Origin: Acidobacteriota bacterium
GTDB taxonomy: Bacteria; Acidobacteriota; UBA6911; RPQK01; JAJDTT01
NCBI GenBank assembly: GCA_965219855.1
Contig: CBDCOR010000010.1
Span: 144,164-208,163, forward strand
Reading direction: 5' to 3'
DNA: 64,000 bases
A model generated the notes under the pieces. That model was not told the DNA's origin and did no database searches. It saw only the letters and a program-made list of their open reading frames with translations. Each line of letters opens with the position of its first letter. Within the stretch, counting starts at the first letter, position 1. Made by a program: the position numbers and the translations under genes. Shown here piece after piece: positions 38,288-47,919 of this stretch.

Positions 38288-39555
38288 ATGCCGGTACGCC
38301 TCAGTGAGGAGGAAGTCGTGACGATTGGAGTTTTGGCCGACAAAGGCAAGAACCACTGCGAGATTGCTCGGACGCTTGGGGTCAGCGAAGGGACCGTGCG
38401 CTATCACTTGAGGCGACAGGCCGAAGGCGCTCAAGACGGACGTCGGCAGAAGGGGTTCCAGGCGGAGGCTCTGGCCGGAATCATTGGTGCCTGGATGCAG
38501 GGGCATCCCGATGGGCAGCGACCCCCGAATGTCCGTCAGCTGTACGAACATCTGGTTTATGAATGCGATTACTCGAGCTCCTATCGTTCGGTGCTGCGCT
38601 ATGTGCGCCGGCACTGGCCGAAGCCGAAGCTCCGAACGTTTCGGCGAGTGGAGACGCCGCCTGGGGCCCAGAGCCAGGTGGATTGGGCCGAGTATCCGTC
38701 GGTGGCCGTTGGAAACGAGTTGGAGCCCCTTTCGGCGTTCATCATGGTGCTCTCCCACAGCCGGCAGCCCGCCATTGTGTGGAGTCGGCGGCGAGACCAG
38801 CTGTCCTGGCTGCAGTGCCACAACGAGAGTTATCGCCGACTGCAGGGAGTGGCCGCCGTCAACCGGATCGACAACGTCAAGACGGCCATCGCCTCGGGAG
38901 GCGGCCCCTGGGGAGAGATCCATCCGCTCTACCGGGCCTATGCCCGATCGGTGGGCTTTCACATTGATGCCTGCCGACCGGGGCAAGCCCAAGAGAAAGG
39001 GAAGGTGGAGGCCAAAGTCCGACTTTCGCGTTTGCTGGTGGAGCCGCAGAGCCAATACTGGAAGACCTCGAGGAGTTGCAGCACTTCACCGATGGACAGG
39101 TCTCGCGCTGGTCCCGTCGAGCGGTGTGTCCGGCCACCGGCCTCACTGTCGAGGAGAGTTGGCGAGCGGAGCTGGAGCGTCTGGCGCCCTTGCCGATCCT
39201 TCCCGAACCCTTCGATGTGGTGGTCACGCGGCCAGTCCATCGGGACTGCATGGTTCGCTTCGAAGATCACTGCTATCCGGTTCCCTTTCAATGGGTAGGC
39301 CGCCAGGTGGAGGTGCGGGGCTGCTCGGGCAAGGTTCAGATCTTAGCCGAGGGAAAGGTCCTGCGGGAGTATGAGCGCCACACGCCGGCGCGGATTCTGA
39401 TCGATCCCAGCTGCTGGCAAGGAGAAGCGACGGAGCGGGTCCTCGCTCCGCCGCCCTTGGGCAAGATGGGACAACGGCTGGAACAGATCTATCAGATGCC
39501 GGTGGAGCAGCGTCCTCTGGACCTGTACCAAGCTCTGGCGGAGGTGGCCCGATGA
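38288..39555 (+). pseudogene. istA: IS21 IstA transposase (HTH + DDE), one frameshift near 39045
   Basis: ORF 38288..39298 (HTH CEIARTLGVSEGTVRYHL; DDE region ...GFHIDACRPGQAQEKGKVEAKVR) and ORF 39076..39555 (C-terminal domain ...VCPATGLTVEE...LAPLP...). The stretch SQYWKT / ILEDLEELQHF switches frame within ~15 nt. Confidence 0.75.
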
Positions 39556-40382
39556 GCGCGGCGACGAAGGGACGCGTGGATCTGGATCAAACCCGTCAGT
39601 CACTGGAGCAGCTGGGTCTGATGCATGCCAGCGAGCAACTGTCCGAGCTGGTGGGCCAGGCGGTGAAGAAAAACCTCTCGGTCCATCGCTTTTTGGACGA
39701 ACTGCTTTGGAGCGAACTGGCCCATCGGGAGGAGCGACGGATCAAGACCTCGCTGAGACTGTCGGGACTGCCGCCGGGTCAGACGTTGGGGAACTTCGAT
39801 TTTAACTTTCAGCCGGCGATCCGCAAGAGCCGCATCGAGACCTTGGCCACCTGTGAGTGGATCCGCGAGCACGAGACGGTTTTGCTCCAGGGTCCGCCGG
39901 GCGTGGGAAAGACGCATTTGGCGGTGGCCCTGGGAGCCAAAGCCATCGAAAACGGTTTCTCGCTGTCCTTCTTTCGACTGGATGATCTGCTTCACGCCAT
40001 GAAGCTGGACGCCGAGTTGGCCCCCAAGGCGCTGCGCCGTAAGAAGTATGTCAACGTGGTGCTGCTGATCATCGACGAGGTCGGGTTCCAGGTCATGAGC
40101 CGGCTGGAGGCCAGCCTGTTGTTCCGGCTCGTCAGTGCCCGCTACGAAAAGGGAGCCACCTTGATCACCACCAACAAATCAGTCAAGGACTGGCCCGAGA
40201 TCCTGGCCGGAGACGAAGTGATGGCGACCGCGTTACTGGACCGGCTGCTGCACCATTGCCACGTGCTGAATATCAAGGGAAGGAGTTATCGGCTCAGGGA
40301 TTTGGAACGGGCCCTGGCAGGGGGGGCGGCCGCCGCCGAAGCGGCTCAGACTCCAGCCGCCCTGCGGGCTCCCTCCGTCTGA
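39552..40382 (+). CDS. istB: IS21 IstB helper ATPase (AAA+, DnaC-like)
   Basis: Walker A LLQGPPGVGKTHLAVAL, Walker B LLIIDEVG. Start overlaps the istA stop. Confidence 0.85.
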   Translation: MSAATKGRVDLDQTRQSLEQLGLMHASEQLSELVGQAVKKNLSVHRFLDELLWSELAHREERRIKTSLRLSGLPPGQTLGNFDFNFQPAIRKSRIETLATCEWIREHETVLLQGPPGVGKTHLAVALGAKAIENGFSLSFFRLDDLLHAMKLDAELAPKALRRKKYVNVVLLIIDEVGFQVMSRLEASLLFRLVSARYEKGATLITTNKSVKDWPEILAGDEVMATALLDRLLHHCHVLNIKGRSYRLRDLERALAGGAAAAEAAQTPAALRAPSV

Positions 40383-40740
40383 GACACTCAGTGATCAGTG
40401 ACGATTAAAACTCCGGGGCGCATTCGCTTAGCAAGATTCAAACTGATGTCAGACCGTTGCCTCATGACAAACCGGCGGGAGCGCACCAAAGGTGACCTTC
40501 ATCCAGGAACCCGCATGAGGAAGCGACAGACGCCCCCGCCAGCATGCCCTCAAGAGCGTTCTCCCGGCTGGGCTAGGGTCCCTCTCCGGGAACAGACGTC
40601 CAGGAGAAGGGGTTTGCAAGAGAATCCGGAAAAAACTTTCCCCCCAGTCGCCCGTCAAGCTCCGATCGTCGGGAGACCGGGTCCTCAGATACCCCAGTTC
40701 GGGACCCGAGCCAAGCTCGCCTACTGGGGCGAAAGAAAGC

Positions 40741-40965
40741 TATGGAAACTGCCGCGCTGTGGAAACCGTGGAAAACCAAGTCCACTTTGTGCCTGCCGAT
40801 TCGGCTCGGGTGGTTTGTCCACCGTTCCCACAGCGCTTGGAAAACTCCTTCGGACGGAGTTTCCCACAGTTCCCACAGCTTCTGCGGCTGCTCACATCCA
40901 AATGAATCTATGCTTTGGGACGGCGCTCGCCCTCCCGTGGAAAAACCCAAAGCGGTTTTCCCACC
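40741..40965. repeat. Array of ~9 copies (both orientations) of the 9-bp motif GTGGAAAAC / GTTTCCCAC(AG) inside the IS21-like right arm
   Basis: Observed copies: CTATGGAAACT, CTGTGGAAACC, GTGGAAAACC, CGTTCCCACAG, TTGGAAAACT, GTTTCCCACAG, TTCCCACAG, GTGGAAAAACC, GTTTTCCCACC. The overlapping 233-aa ORF 40398..41099 is P/R-rich and probably non-coding. Confidence 0.5.
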
Positions 40966-41148
40966 GGATGCCTCCCGCTCGAGAAGAGAAATCAAAGGCT
41001 GCCCTTGAAATCAGGAGAACAAACTTTTATCGAACAAAAGACGAACACGTTCAGGTTCCTCCCGAACCTGCGTTTTTACTAACCGGGGAAGGGTCGTAAA
41101 ACAATACGTCCCCTAAGGTCGTGAAAGTTCCTGTCACTTGACACTAGC

Positions 41149-43017
41149 CCCAAAAGAAGTAGATGAAAGTGGACTAAACCACATGTAAACACCTGAAATG
41201 CCAGACCTGACGGGTATTCTGGGGTTGTCAAAGAAACTTCAGAACAAGCCGAAAGGAGGCATTTCAGGTGAAGAAAAAGGATAGCGCAATCATCCGCAAA
41301 CGGGAAGCAGAGGTTGCTCAGCGATTGAGCCCCAGCTGGAACGGTCAAGACCCGAAACCGGTGCTCTCGCCCGAGGTCATCAGCTACGAGGTCTCGGAGA
41401 AAACGGGTGCGGTCAGTTACGGTGGTCTGGGGCTGCTGCAGCAGGTGGTGAAGTGGAGTGGGCTGGGGAAAGCCATTGACCAGGCGGTGACGCTGCTCAA
41501 ACGCCACCAACCGTACCACGAATCGGACCACGTCCTGAGCCTGATCTACAACGTGGCCACGGGCGGGACCCGCTATCAGGATATTGAACTGCGACGTCAG
41601 AGTGTGAGTTTCCTGGAGGCGGTGGGAGCCGAGAAGATCCCCGCCCCCAGCACGGCCGGAGACTTTGTGCGCCGCTTTGACGCGCCCGACGTGGTGGATC
41701 TGATGGAAGCCGTCAATGCCAGCCGCCTCAAGGTCTGGGCCCAACAACCGGCCCGTTTCTTCCAACGGGCGGAGATCGACGTGGATGGGACGATGGCCCC
41801 CACGAGCGGCGAATGCAAGGAAGGGATGGAGATCAGCTACGACGGGCAGTGGGGCTATGCGCCGCTGATCGTGACGCTGGCCAATACGGGAGAGGTGCTC
41901 TATGCGGTCAACCGCTCGGGCAACCGTCCCTCTCATGAGGGAGCGGCCGAATGGCTGGATCGGAGTATCGAGCTGGTTCGAGAGGCGGGTTTTCGGAAGG
42001 TGCGCCTGCGCGGGGACACGGATTTTTCGCTGACGGCTCATTTTGACCGTTGGACGGAGGCGGGCGTGGAGTTTGACTTCGGGATCGACGCCCATCCGAG
42101 CTTCGTCAAGTGGGCGGAGGCGTTGCCAGAAGCGAGATGGAAAGAGCTGGGGCGCCCCAGCCAGGGGAAAGGAAAAGGGAAGAAGCGGCGCCAGCGGCGG
42201 GACAAAGTGAAGCCGGAGATTGTCAAGAGACGCGGGTTCAAGACGCTGACGCTGGAACGGGAAGAGATCGCGGAGATCGACTACCGTCCGAGCAAAGCGA
42301 AGCGAACCTATCGGATGGTGATCTTGCGCAAGACGATCCTGGTCGAGAAAGGCCAGAAGCGGCTGCTGCCGCAGACGCGCTACCACTTTTATGTCACCAA
42401 TATCTCGGCCAGCACGTTGGGAACGGCGGGAGTCGTACGGGAAAACAACCGGCGCTGCAACCAGGAGAACGTCATTGAACAACTCAAGAACGGAGTCGAG
42501 GCCCTGCGGATGCCCTCGGATACGCTGGTAGCCAACTGGGCCTATCTGGTGATTGCGGCTCAAGCCTGGAATCTGAAGGCCTGGATGGGGTTGGTGCTGC
42601 CGGCGCGACTGCAAGCCCGAGAGCTGGTGAAGATGGAGTATCGCCGTTTCCTGCGAGAGGTCATTGAAATGCCCTGCCAGATTTTGCGCAGGGGCCGACA
42701 GTTGGTCTATCGGCTGCTGGATGTCAATGGTTGGAGCCGTCTTCTCTTGGAAGGCAGTAAGTGGTTGAAACACCGGCCAGCTACCTGAAACTGAAAGGAG
42801 ATAAAGTAGCTCCGAGGGTCGCCAGAGCTGGGGCGAGGTGTCTCTACAAACGCCCCCCAAGAGGGCAGAATCGTTTTCCCTGAGCGATCGGCGTGGAGGA
42901 CAGCTGAACACGTGCCTGTTCTGAGTGACTTCGCGCCGAAATTTAGAATTTAGGTCTCCAAAATGGCTCCTCGGAGCCGACAAAGGGGTCTATTTTCGAA
43001 CTTGCGCTTATTTTGGG
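41149..43017 (+). mobile_element. IS1380-family element, copy C (1869 bp); flanks ACTAGC / CTAGC
   Basis: Same ends and internal offsets as copy A. Inserted 24 nt beyond the IS21-like right end. Confidence 0.8.
41268..42788 (+). CDS. IS1380-family DDE transposase (copy C; 1 aa different from copy A)
   Basis: ISASTLGTAG vs ISARTLGTAG; otherwise identical. Confidence 0.8.
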   Translation: MKKKDSAIIRKREAEVAQRLSPSWNGQDPKPVLSPEVISYEVSEKTGAVSYGGLGLLQQVVKWSGLGKAIDQAVTLLKRHQPYHESDHVLSLIYNVATGGTRYQDIELRRQSVSFLEAVGAEKIPAPSTAGDFVRRFDAPDVVDLMEAVNASRLKVWAQQPARFFQRAEIDVDGTMAPTSGECKEGMEISYDGQWGYAPLIVTLANTGEVLYAVNRSGNRPSHEGAAEWLDRSIELVREAGFRKVRLRGDTDFSLTAHFDRWTEAGVEFDFGIDAHPSFVKWAEALPEARWKELGRPSQGKGKGKKRRQRRDKVKPEIVKRRGFKTLTLEREEIAEIDYRPSKAKRTYRMVILRKTILVEKGQKRLLPQTRYHFYVTNISASTLGTAGVVRENNRRCNQENVIEQLKNGVEALRMPSDTLVANWAYLVIAAQAWNLKAWMGLVLPARLQARELVKMEYRRFLREVIEMPCQILRRGRQLVYRLLDVNGWSRLLLEGSKWLKHRPAT

Positions 43018-43102
43018 CCTAGCGGACGGTCTGGCAAAGATCAAGCAGAGCAGTGGAAGCATTGCTCTCATCATCAGAGCCACAACTGCAAAAGGAGAGC
43101 GA

Positions 43103-44014
43103 ATGCTGGCGCAGGGATTCGTCAGACCCAGGAGTGGTGATCCGGTGCCGGTGGGGAGCCATCGCCGCAACGTTCTGGTTCCCGGAGAGTACGAGCTCGA
43201 GGTGGGCGTCCACACCCGGAATGGCGAAGCTTACCTGCCGGCTACTCACACCGTGCAGGTTGCTGACAGGGGGGAGACCCTGGTCGAGGTTGTTGTCAAG
43301 GAGCCTCCCTCGGTTCGGGCCAAGTTCACGGAGGAGGGGAAGAAGAACCGTGGTTCGTTGATAACCGCGTATCAGGCGGGCAAGAAGGTCTTCACTTTTC
43401 GGCCCAAGGATCGGGCATATGTCAGCCCCGGGACCTACGAGTTCAGGACGCGTCCCAACCGGGAAAACGAGCTAAGTGTGACCGAATCGCTGGCGGACGG
43501 CGAGCACAAGGAGCTCCAGTTCAAGATGGTCCACACAGTGCACGCCCGAATCAAGATGGTCGCTTCGGACTCCGGCATCGATTTTCGGCAGAACTACGAG
43601 CTCTGGCAAGACGGAGTAAAGAAGTACGGTGTCCATTGGAGCAATGGTGTCCGTGCATTGCCCGGGACCTATGAGCTTCACCTCCCAGATAAGCTGACGC
43701 CCTATGTGCACCGCGGTCTCGTGCTCAGCGAGGAGGACTCTCAGGATTTCAAGCTTGAGGTGCCGGTCGGACACGTTACCGTCCGCTATCTCAAAGCGGA
43801 CGGTTCGCCTCAGAAAGACGAACGCTGCTGGATCAGTCGGTTCGAGGGGCGAAAGAGTGCGGGTGGTAAGCTCAAGCAAAGCGGCCGCAAAGTGCCCCTT
43901 CGACCTGGCAGGTATCAGCTCAAGGGCTGGAACCGGCTGGGAGACTTCGACCTTCTGAGCTTCGAAATTGCAGTGGGCGATGACAAGCAAATCGCCCTGC
44001 GCTCCAAGCGCTAG
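43103..44014 (+). CDS. Hypothetical protein with four ~90-aa repeats each containing PG(E/T/R)Y(E/Q)(L/F) (carboxypeptidase-regulatory-like beta-sandwich repeats)
   Basis: ATG at 43103 follows the SD AAAGGAGAG. Repeats PGEYELEV, PGTYEFRT, PGTYELHL, PGRYQLKG. The ORF is open upstream into the IS1380 end, so its N-terminus may have been removed by the IS insertion. Confidence 0.55.
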   Translation: MLAQGFVRPRSGDPVPVGSHRRNVLVPGEYELEVGVHTRNGEAYLPATHTVQVADRGETLVEVVVKEPPSVRAKFTEEGKKNRGSLITAYQAGKKVFTFRPKDRAYVSPGTYEFRTRPNRENELSVTESLADGEHKELQFKMVHTVHARIKMVASDSGIDFRQNYELWQDGVKKYGVHWSNGVRALPGTYELHLPDKLTPYVHRGLVLSEEDSQDFKLEVPVGHVTVRYLKADGSPQKDERCWISRFEGRKSAGGKLKQSGRKVPLRPGRYQLKGWNRLGDFDLLSFEIAVGDDKQIALRSKR

Positions 44015-44026
44015 ATTTTCGGCCCG

Positions 44027-44105
44027 TGGCGGTGGGCTCCAGGCCGCCGTCGGTCGAGCCAAAGGCTCGGGAGAAGAAGACTTCGACCTGGAGCCCAAAG
44101 CTACG
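44027..44105. repeat. Unoccupied member of the palindromic terminator-like element family (intron homing-site type)
   Basis: GTGGCGGTGGGCTCCAGGCCGCCGTCGGTCGAGCCAAAGGCTCGGGAGAAGAAGACTTCGACCTGGAGCCCAAAGCTAC. On the minus strand it ends ...GGAGCCCACCGCCA where occupied sites read ...GGAGGCCACCGCTA|intron. Lies between convergent genes 43103..44014 and nuoI. Confidence 0.65.
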
Positions 44106-44268
44106 TTAACGGAATGGAGTCCTTCGCTTCCGTCCCCATGAATGATGTCCACGACAGACGTTGCGAAGCTCAGCTGGGAGGGCAGGCTGGGAAGTGCCGA
44201 GCTGACCCTGGATCTGGAAGGCGAGGTGAGCGGCACCGAAACGAGTAGAGCTGGCCTGGAGAACCGCT

Positions 44269-44925
44269 CTATTGTTGATTCTCCTCGCCGCCTCCGCCCT
44301 CAACCTGTTCTTCGTAGGATCGTTTGACCCCCTCCCAATTACCCCTCATCTCTCCATCGCTTAACTCGCACTGGTGGGGGAACTCCAGGCCGCAGTCCGT
44401 GATCGGTTTACGAAGCTTTGGGTCCATCAGCTCATGGATGTCGAGTTGCATGGCCTCCCTCGAGTAGGCGGCGATGTCGAGGATCCCCGTGTCCATTCGG
44501 ATCGCGTCCTCGGGGCATGCCTCGACGCAGTACCCGCAGTAGACACAGACCCCCAGGTCGATGTCGAAGCGGACCGGATACTTCTCGACGTCGGGGTCGG
44601 GGTGCTCCCCGGGCACAATGGTAATGCACTTGGCCGGGCAGACCGTCTCGCAGAGCATGCACCCTACACATCGGGGGGTGTTGTCCTCGCGGAGGGTAAG
44701 CCGGTGCCGGCTGCGGAACCGCGACATGAGTGGCCTGAGCTCCTCGGGATATTGGACGGTGGCAGAGGCGGGAAGGTGCTTGAAACGACCTAGGAGGTGG
44801 GCAACGTGGAGGAACAAGTTGCGGAAGAAGTGTTTGGTGGTGATCTTGAGGCCGCAGAGGATCTGGGGGATGTAGAGCTCTTCCCAGAAAGTCAGCTCGG
44901 GCCTTCGGACAACTTTTACCGCCAT
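44269..44925 (-). CDS. nuoI: NADH-quinone oxidoreductase subunit I (2x[4Fe-4S])
   Basis: CVGCMLCETVCPAKCI and CVYCGYCVEACPEDAI ferredoxin motifs. Synteny after nuoH. Confidence 0.9.
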   Translation of the reverse strand: MAVKVVRRPELTFWEELYIPQILCGLKITTKHFFRNLFLHVAHLLGRFKHLPASATVQYPEELRPLMSRFRSRHRLTLREDNTPRCVGCMLCETVCPAKCITIVPGEHPDPDVEKYPVRFDIDLGVCVYCGYCVEACPEDAIRMDTGILDIAAYSREAMQLDIHELMDPKLRKPITDCGLEFPHQCELSDGEMRGNWEGVKRSYEEQVEGGGGEENQQ

Positions 44926-46019
44926 CAGGGCGCCTCCCCGAAAAAGACCAGCACCACGGCCGTCACCACGACGTTGACCACCGCGATCGGAAACAGCCCC
45001 CTCCAGCCCAGCTTCATGAGTTGGTCGTAGCGGAAGCGCGGCAGGGTCCAGCGTATTTGCATGAAGATCCAGCAGAAGATCACGACTTTAATCGAAAAGC
45101 TCGCCACCCCTAGAAGGACGTAGACCAAATTGGAGACGAGGAGCTCCGCTCCCCAGGGGAAGTGGAAGCCGTCCGGCATCAGAAAGGGCACCTGCCACCC
45201 GCCGAAGAAGAGCGTGGTTGCCAGGCAGGCCACCATGATGGTCTCCAGGAAGTCCGTGAGGAAGAACATCCCGAACTTCATTCCACTGTACTCCACGAAG
45301 TAGCCGATGATCTCCGACTCACCTTCCGGCAGGTCAAAGGGGAGTCTCTTGGTTTCAGCCAGGGCAGCGGTCACGAAGACGACAAAGGCCACGGGCTGGG
45401 CTACGACGCCCCAGAAAGGGATCCAGCCGCCAATCAACTGCCCCTGGGCCCGTACCAGGTCAGCCAGATCCATGGTCCCGTAGACCATGATCACGCCGCC
45501 GACAGCGATTCCTAGTGCGATCTCATAGGAGATCATCTGCGCAGTGGCCCTTAGTCCCCCAATCATCGCGTAGTTGTTACGCGAGGCAAAGCCGGCGAGG
45601 ATCACGCCATAGACCCCCAGAGAGAGCATGGCAAAGACGTAGAGCAGGGCCGCGTCGATCTTGACGACCTGGAGCTCGACAATCCTGCCTTCTCCCAAGA
45701 TGAGGCGGTCTCCAAATGGGATCGCGGCGAAGGCTACCAAGGCGAAGAAGACCGAGAACAAAGGAGCCAGGGTGTGGAGAGTCTTGTCCGCTCCCTCTGG
45801 GATCAGGTCCTCCTTGGTGAACATCTTGACGGCATCGGCTATGCCGTGAAAGAGTCCCAGCGCCCGAAACCCAAAAATGTCGGCGCGGTTGGCCCCGATT
45901 CGGTCCTGGATCAGGGCCGACTGCTTCCGCTCCACCCAGGTATGAAACCCAGCCAGGTTCAAGACCCCGAAAAAGACGATCCCCGCCAACACGAGCTTTA
46001 TGAGCAGGACTTCCATCAT
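44925..46019 (-). CDS. nuoH: NADH-quinone oxidoreductase subunit H
   Basis: Polytopic membrane protein. The N-terminus WVERKQSALIQDRIGANRADIFGFRALGLFHGIADAVK is the conserved NuoH/ND1 motif. Confidence 0.9.
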   Translation of the reverse strand: MMEVLLIKLVLAGIVFFGVLNLAGFHTWVERKQSALIQDRIGANRADIFGFRALGLFHGIADAVKMFTKEDLIPEGADKTLHTLAPLFSVFFALVAFAAIPFGDRLILGEGRIVELQVVKIDAALLYVFAMLSLGVYGVILAGFASRNNYAMIGGLRATAQMISYEIALGIAVGGVIMVYGTMDLADLVRAQGQLIGGWIPFWGVVAQPVAFVVFVTAALAETKRLPFDLPEGESEIIGYFVEYSGMKFGMFFLTDFLETIMVACLATTLFFGGWQVPFLMPDGFHFPWGAELLVSNLVYVLLGVASFSIKVVIFCWIFMQIRWTLPRFRYDQLMKLGWRGLFPIAVVNVVVTAVVLVFFGEAP

Positions 46020-47671
46020 GGTAGGGTCGCCTCTGCCGCAGACTCTTCCGTCGCCACGTCAGCCCCTTGCGCCCCGATTGTTTGATAGGTTAATCCTTCG
46101 AAAGGCGCCAACGCCTTGGCGAGCCCCTGGAAAATCTCCTCCGGTCTCCCCCAGTCGAGCGTCAGATCCAGTTTCCCGGCCAATTCCAGGAGGATGCGCC
46201 AGTCCTCCCGGGAGTCCCCGATCGGTGGAAAGGCGCGGCCGATGCGCTGCACCCGGCCGTGGCAGTTCACGAAGGTCCCGTCCTTCTCCACATAAGCTGC
46301 ACTGGGCAGGACCCAATGGGCCCAAGGCACGGTCGGGTTTTCGTTGGTGCCCGAGAAGACGAAGAGAGGCACCTTCTCTGAGAGCTGCCGGACCTTCTCT
46401 TCCCCAAAGAGTTTCACCAGATCGTGCCCAAACACCCAAAGGAACTCAAGCTTCCCATCGAGTGCCTGGTCCACCAGCTGCCCGGCGTCGGGCGCCTCCA
46501 GACCGGCCAAGCCCAGCAGGGTCGCGCCCAAGGTGTTGGGGTTCTTGTCGGCCTTAATAAGGAAGTCATCGCAGGACTCCGCTTCCTGATGGACAGAGGC
46601 GCTGACTTGGGCGCCCAGAGCGCCCTGGAAAATCTCCCGGATCAGAAAGAGCTCCTCGTTGGTCAGTTGGGTCGAGGCGATCACGCCAAGCCGACGACCG
46701 GCACCGTGTCGAGAGCCGGTCGCGCTGGGCCCTGCGGCCTCTTCCCGGTCCGACCCTGCCAAGGCGCTGGAGATCTCTGTGAGAGCCTGCTCCCAAGTCG
46801 CCTCCGCTGAGGGCCCGCGCACCTGATTGAGCCGCGCCCGATCTACCCAACCAAAACCGTAGCGCCCCTCATCGCATAACCACCATTGGTTGACATCCGG
46901 GTTGTAGCGGGGCTTGATGCGCGCGACCCGAGCCCCGTCGTTCAGATGGGGCCTGTCAGGCACGAAGTGGAGGTCGATGTTGCATCCCTGGCTGCAGCCG
47001 TTGCAGACGGTGGAGGCGCTGGAAAGGTACCAGACCCTGGTCTTGAACCGGAAATCATGCTCGGTCAGGGCCCCCACCGGACAGATGTCCACCACGTTGG
47101 CCGAGTAGGGATTGTCGAGTATATCGCCAGGGTAGAGTCCCAACTCGGCCCGATCGCCGCGGTTGAAGATGCCGAACTCTCCAGTCTTGGTGATCTCGTC
47201 CGTGAAGCGCACGCAGCGGGAGCAGAGGATACAGCGCTCCTGGTCCAGCATCACATGAGGCCCGAGTTTGACCGCCTTTTGCTTTCGGACCTTGCGCTCT
47301 CTGAAGCGCGGATTATAGAGCCCGAAGTTCATGTAGAAGTTCTGCAGGTCGCACTCACCGGATTGGTCGCAGACCGGGCAATCAAGCGGGTGGTTAGCCA
47401 GGAGGAACTCCAGCACCGCGCGCCGCCCGTCCTCGGCCTTGTCGCTCTTCGTGTGCACGACCATCCCTTCAGTCACGGGCGCGTTACAAGCGATCTGGAG
47501 CTTGGGGGACCTTTCCACCTCCACCAGGCAGATGCGGCAGTTGCCCGCGATGGAGAGCCCAGGGTGGTAACAGTAACGCGGAATAAAGATCCCCAGCTTC
47601 TCCGCGGCCTGGATGACCGTGGTTCCTGCGGGCACGCTTGTCTCACGGCGGTCGATGCTTAGGCTGGGCAT
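46016..47671 (-). CDS. nuoG: NADH-quinone oxidoreductase subunit G (short form, 551 aa)
   Basis: N-terminal 2Fe-2S region (CYHPGLSIAGNCRICLVEV), HPLDCPVCDQSGECDLQ, and the 4Fe-4S CILCSRCVRF. Confidence 0.85.
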   Translation of the reverse strand: MPSLSIDRRETSVPAGTTVIQAAEKLGIFIPRYCYHPGLSIAGNCRICLVEVERSPKLQIACNAPVTEGMVVHTKSDKAEDGRRAVLEFLLANHPLDCPVCDQSGECDLQNFYMNFGLYNPRFRERKVRKQKAVKLGPHVMLDQERCILCSRCVRFTDEITKTGEFGIFNRGDRAELGLYPGDILDNPYSANVVDICPVGALTEHDFRFKTRVWYLSSASTVCNGCSQGCNIDLHFVPDRPHLNDGARVARIKPRYNPDVNQWWLCDEGRYGFGWVDRARLNQVRGPSAEATWEQALTEISSALAGSDREEAAGPSATGSRHGAGRRLGVIASTQLTNEELFLIREIFQGALGAQVSASVHQEAESCDDFLIKADKNPNTLGATLLGLAGLEAPDAGQLVDQALDGKLEFLWVFGHDLVKLFGEEKVRQLSEKVPLFVFSGTNENPTVPWAHWVLPSAAYVEKDGTFVNCHGRVQRIGRAFPPIGDSREDWRILLELAGKLDLTLDWGRPEEIFQGLAKALAPFEGLTYQTIGAQGADVATEESAAEATLP

Positions 47672-47919
47672 GCAGCGACCTCCTTAGTACACTGGACGGT
47701 AACGTTTGTGGCGAGCGCGACGGTGTCGAGGGCGCGAAGCGACGACGAGGCGATGCTTGGTCTCGTAGAGGAGGAGCGACTCCATCGGCCCGTCCCGCCG
47801 CCACCCGCAGGGCAGATGGGGATTGTGGACGATTGCTGCGTTGGTCGTCGTCGAAGATGGCCGAGCATCGTCTTCCTCCTCCTGCCTTGATCTCGCCTCA
47901 CAAGCCCCATCTGCAAACG

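Larger units (their letters stand above)
38195..41125 (+). mobile_element. IS21-family element (~2.9 kb) with frameshifted istA, intact istB, and a ~740-bp non-coding right arm carrying a 9-bp motif array
   Basis: Terminal inverted repeats CCTTAGGGGACGCGAAGTTTTACGACCCCTCC (38200-) and the reverse complement of 41085-41118 (CCTTAGGGGACGTATTGTTTTACGACCCTTCC). Gene order istA-istB with overlapping stop/start. Confidence 0.7.

Noticed and set aside
40398-41099. 233-aa ORF inside the IS21-like right arm
   Set aside because: Basic, P/R-rich, and spans the 9-bp motif array. More likely non-coding.
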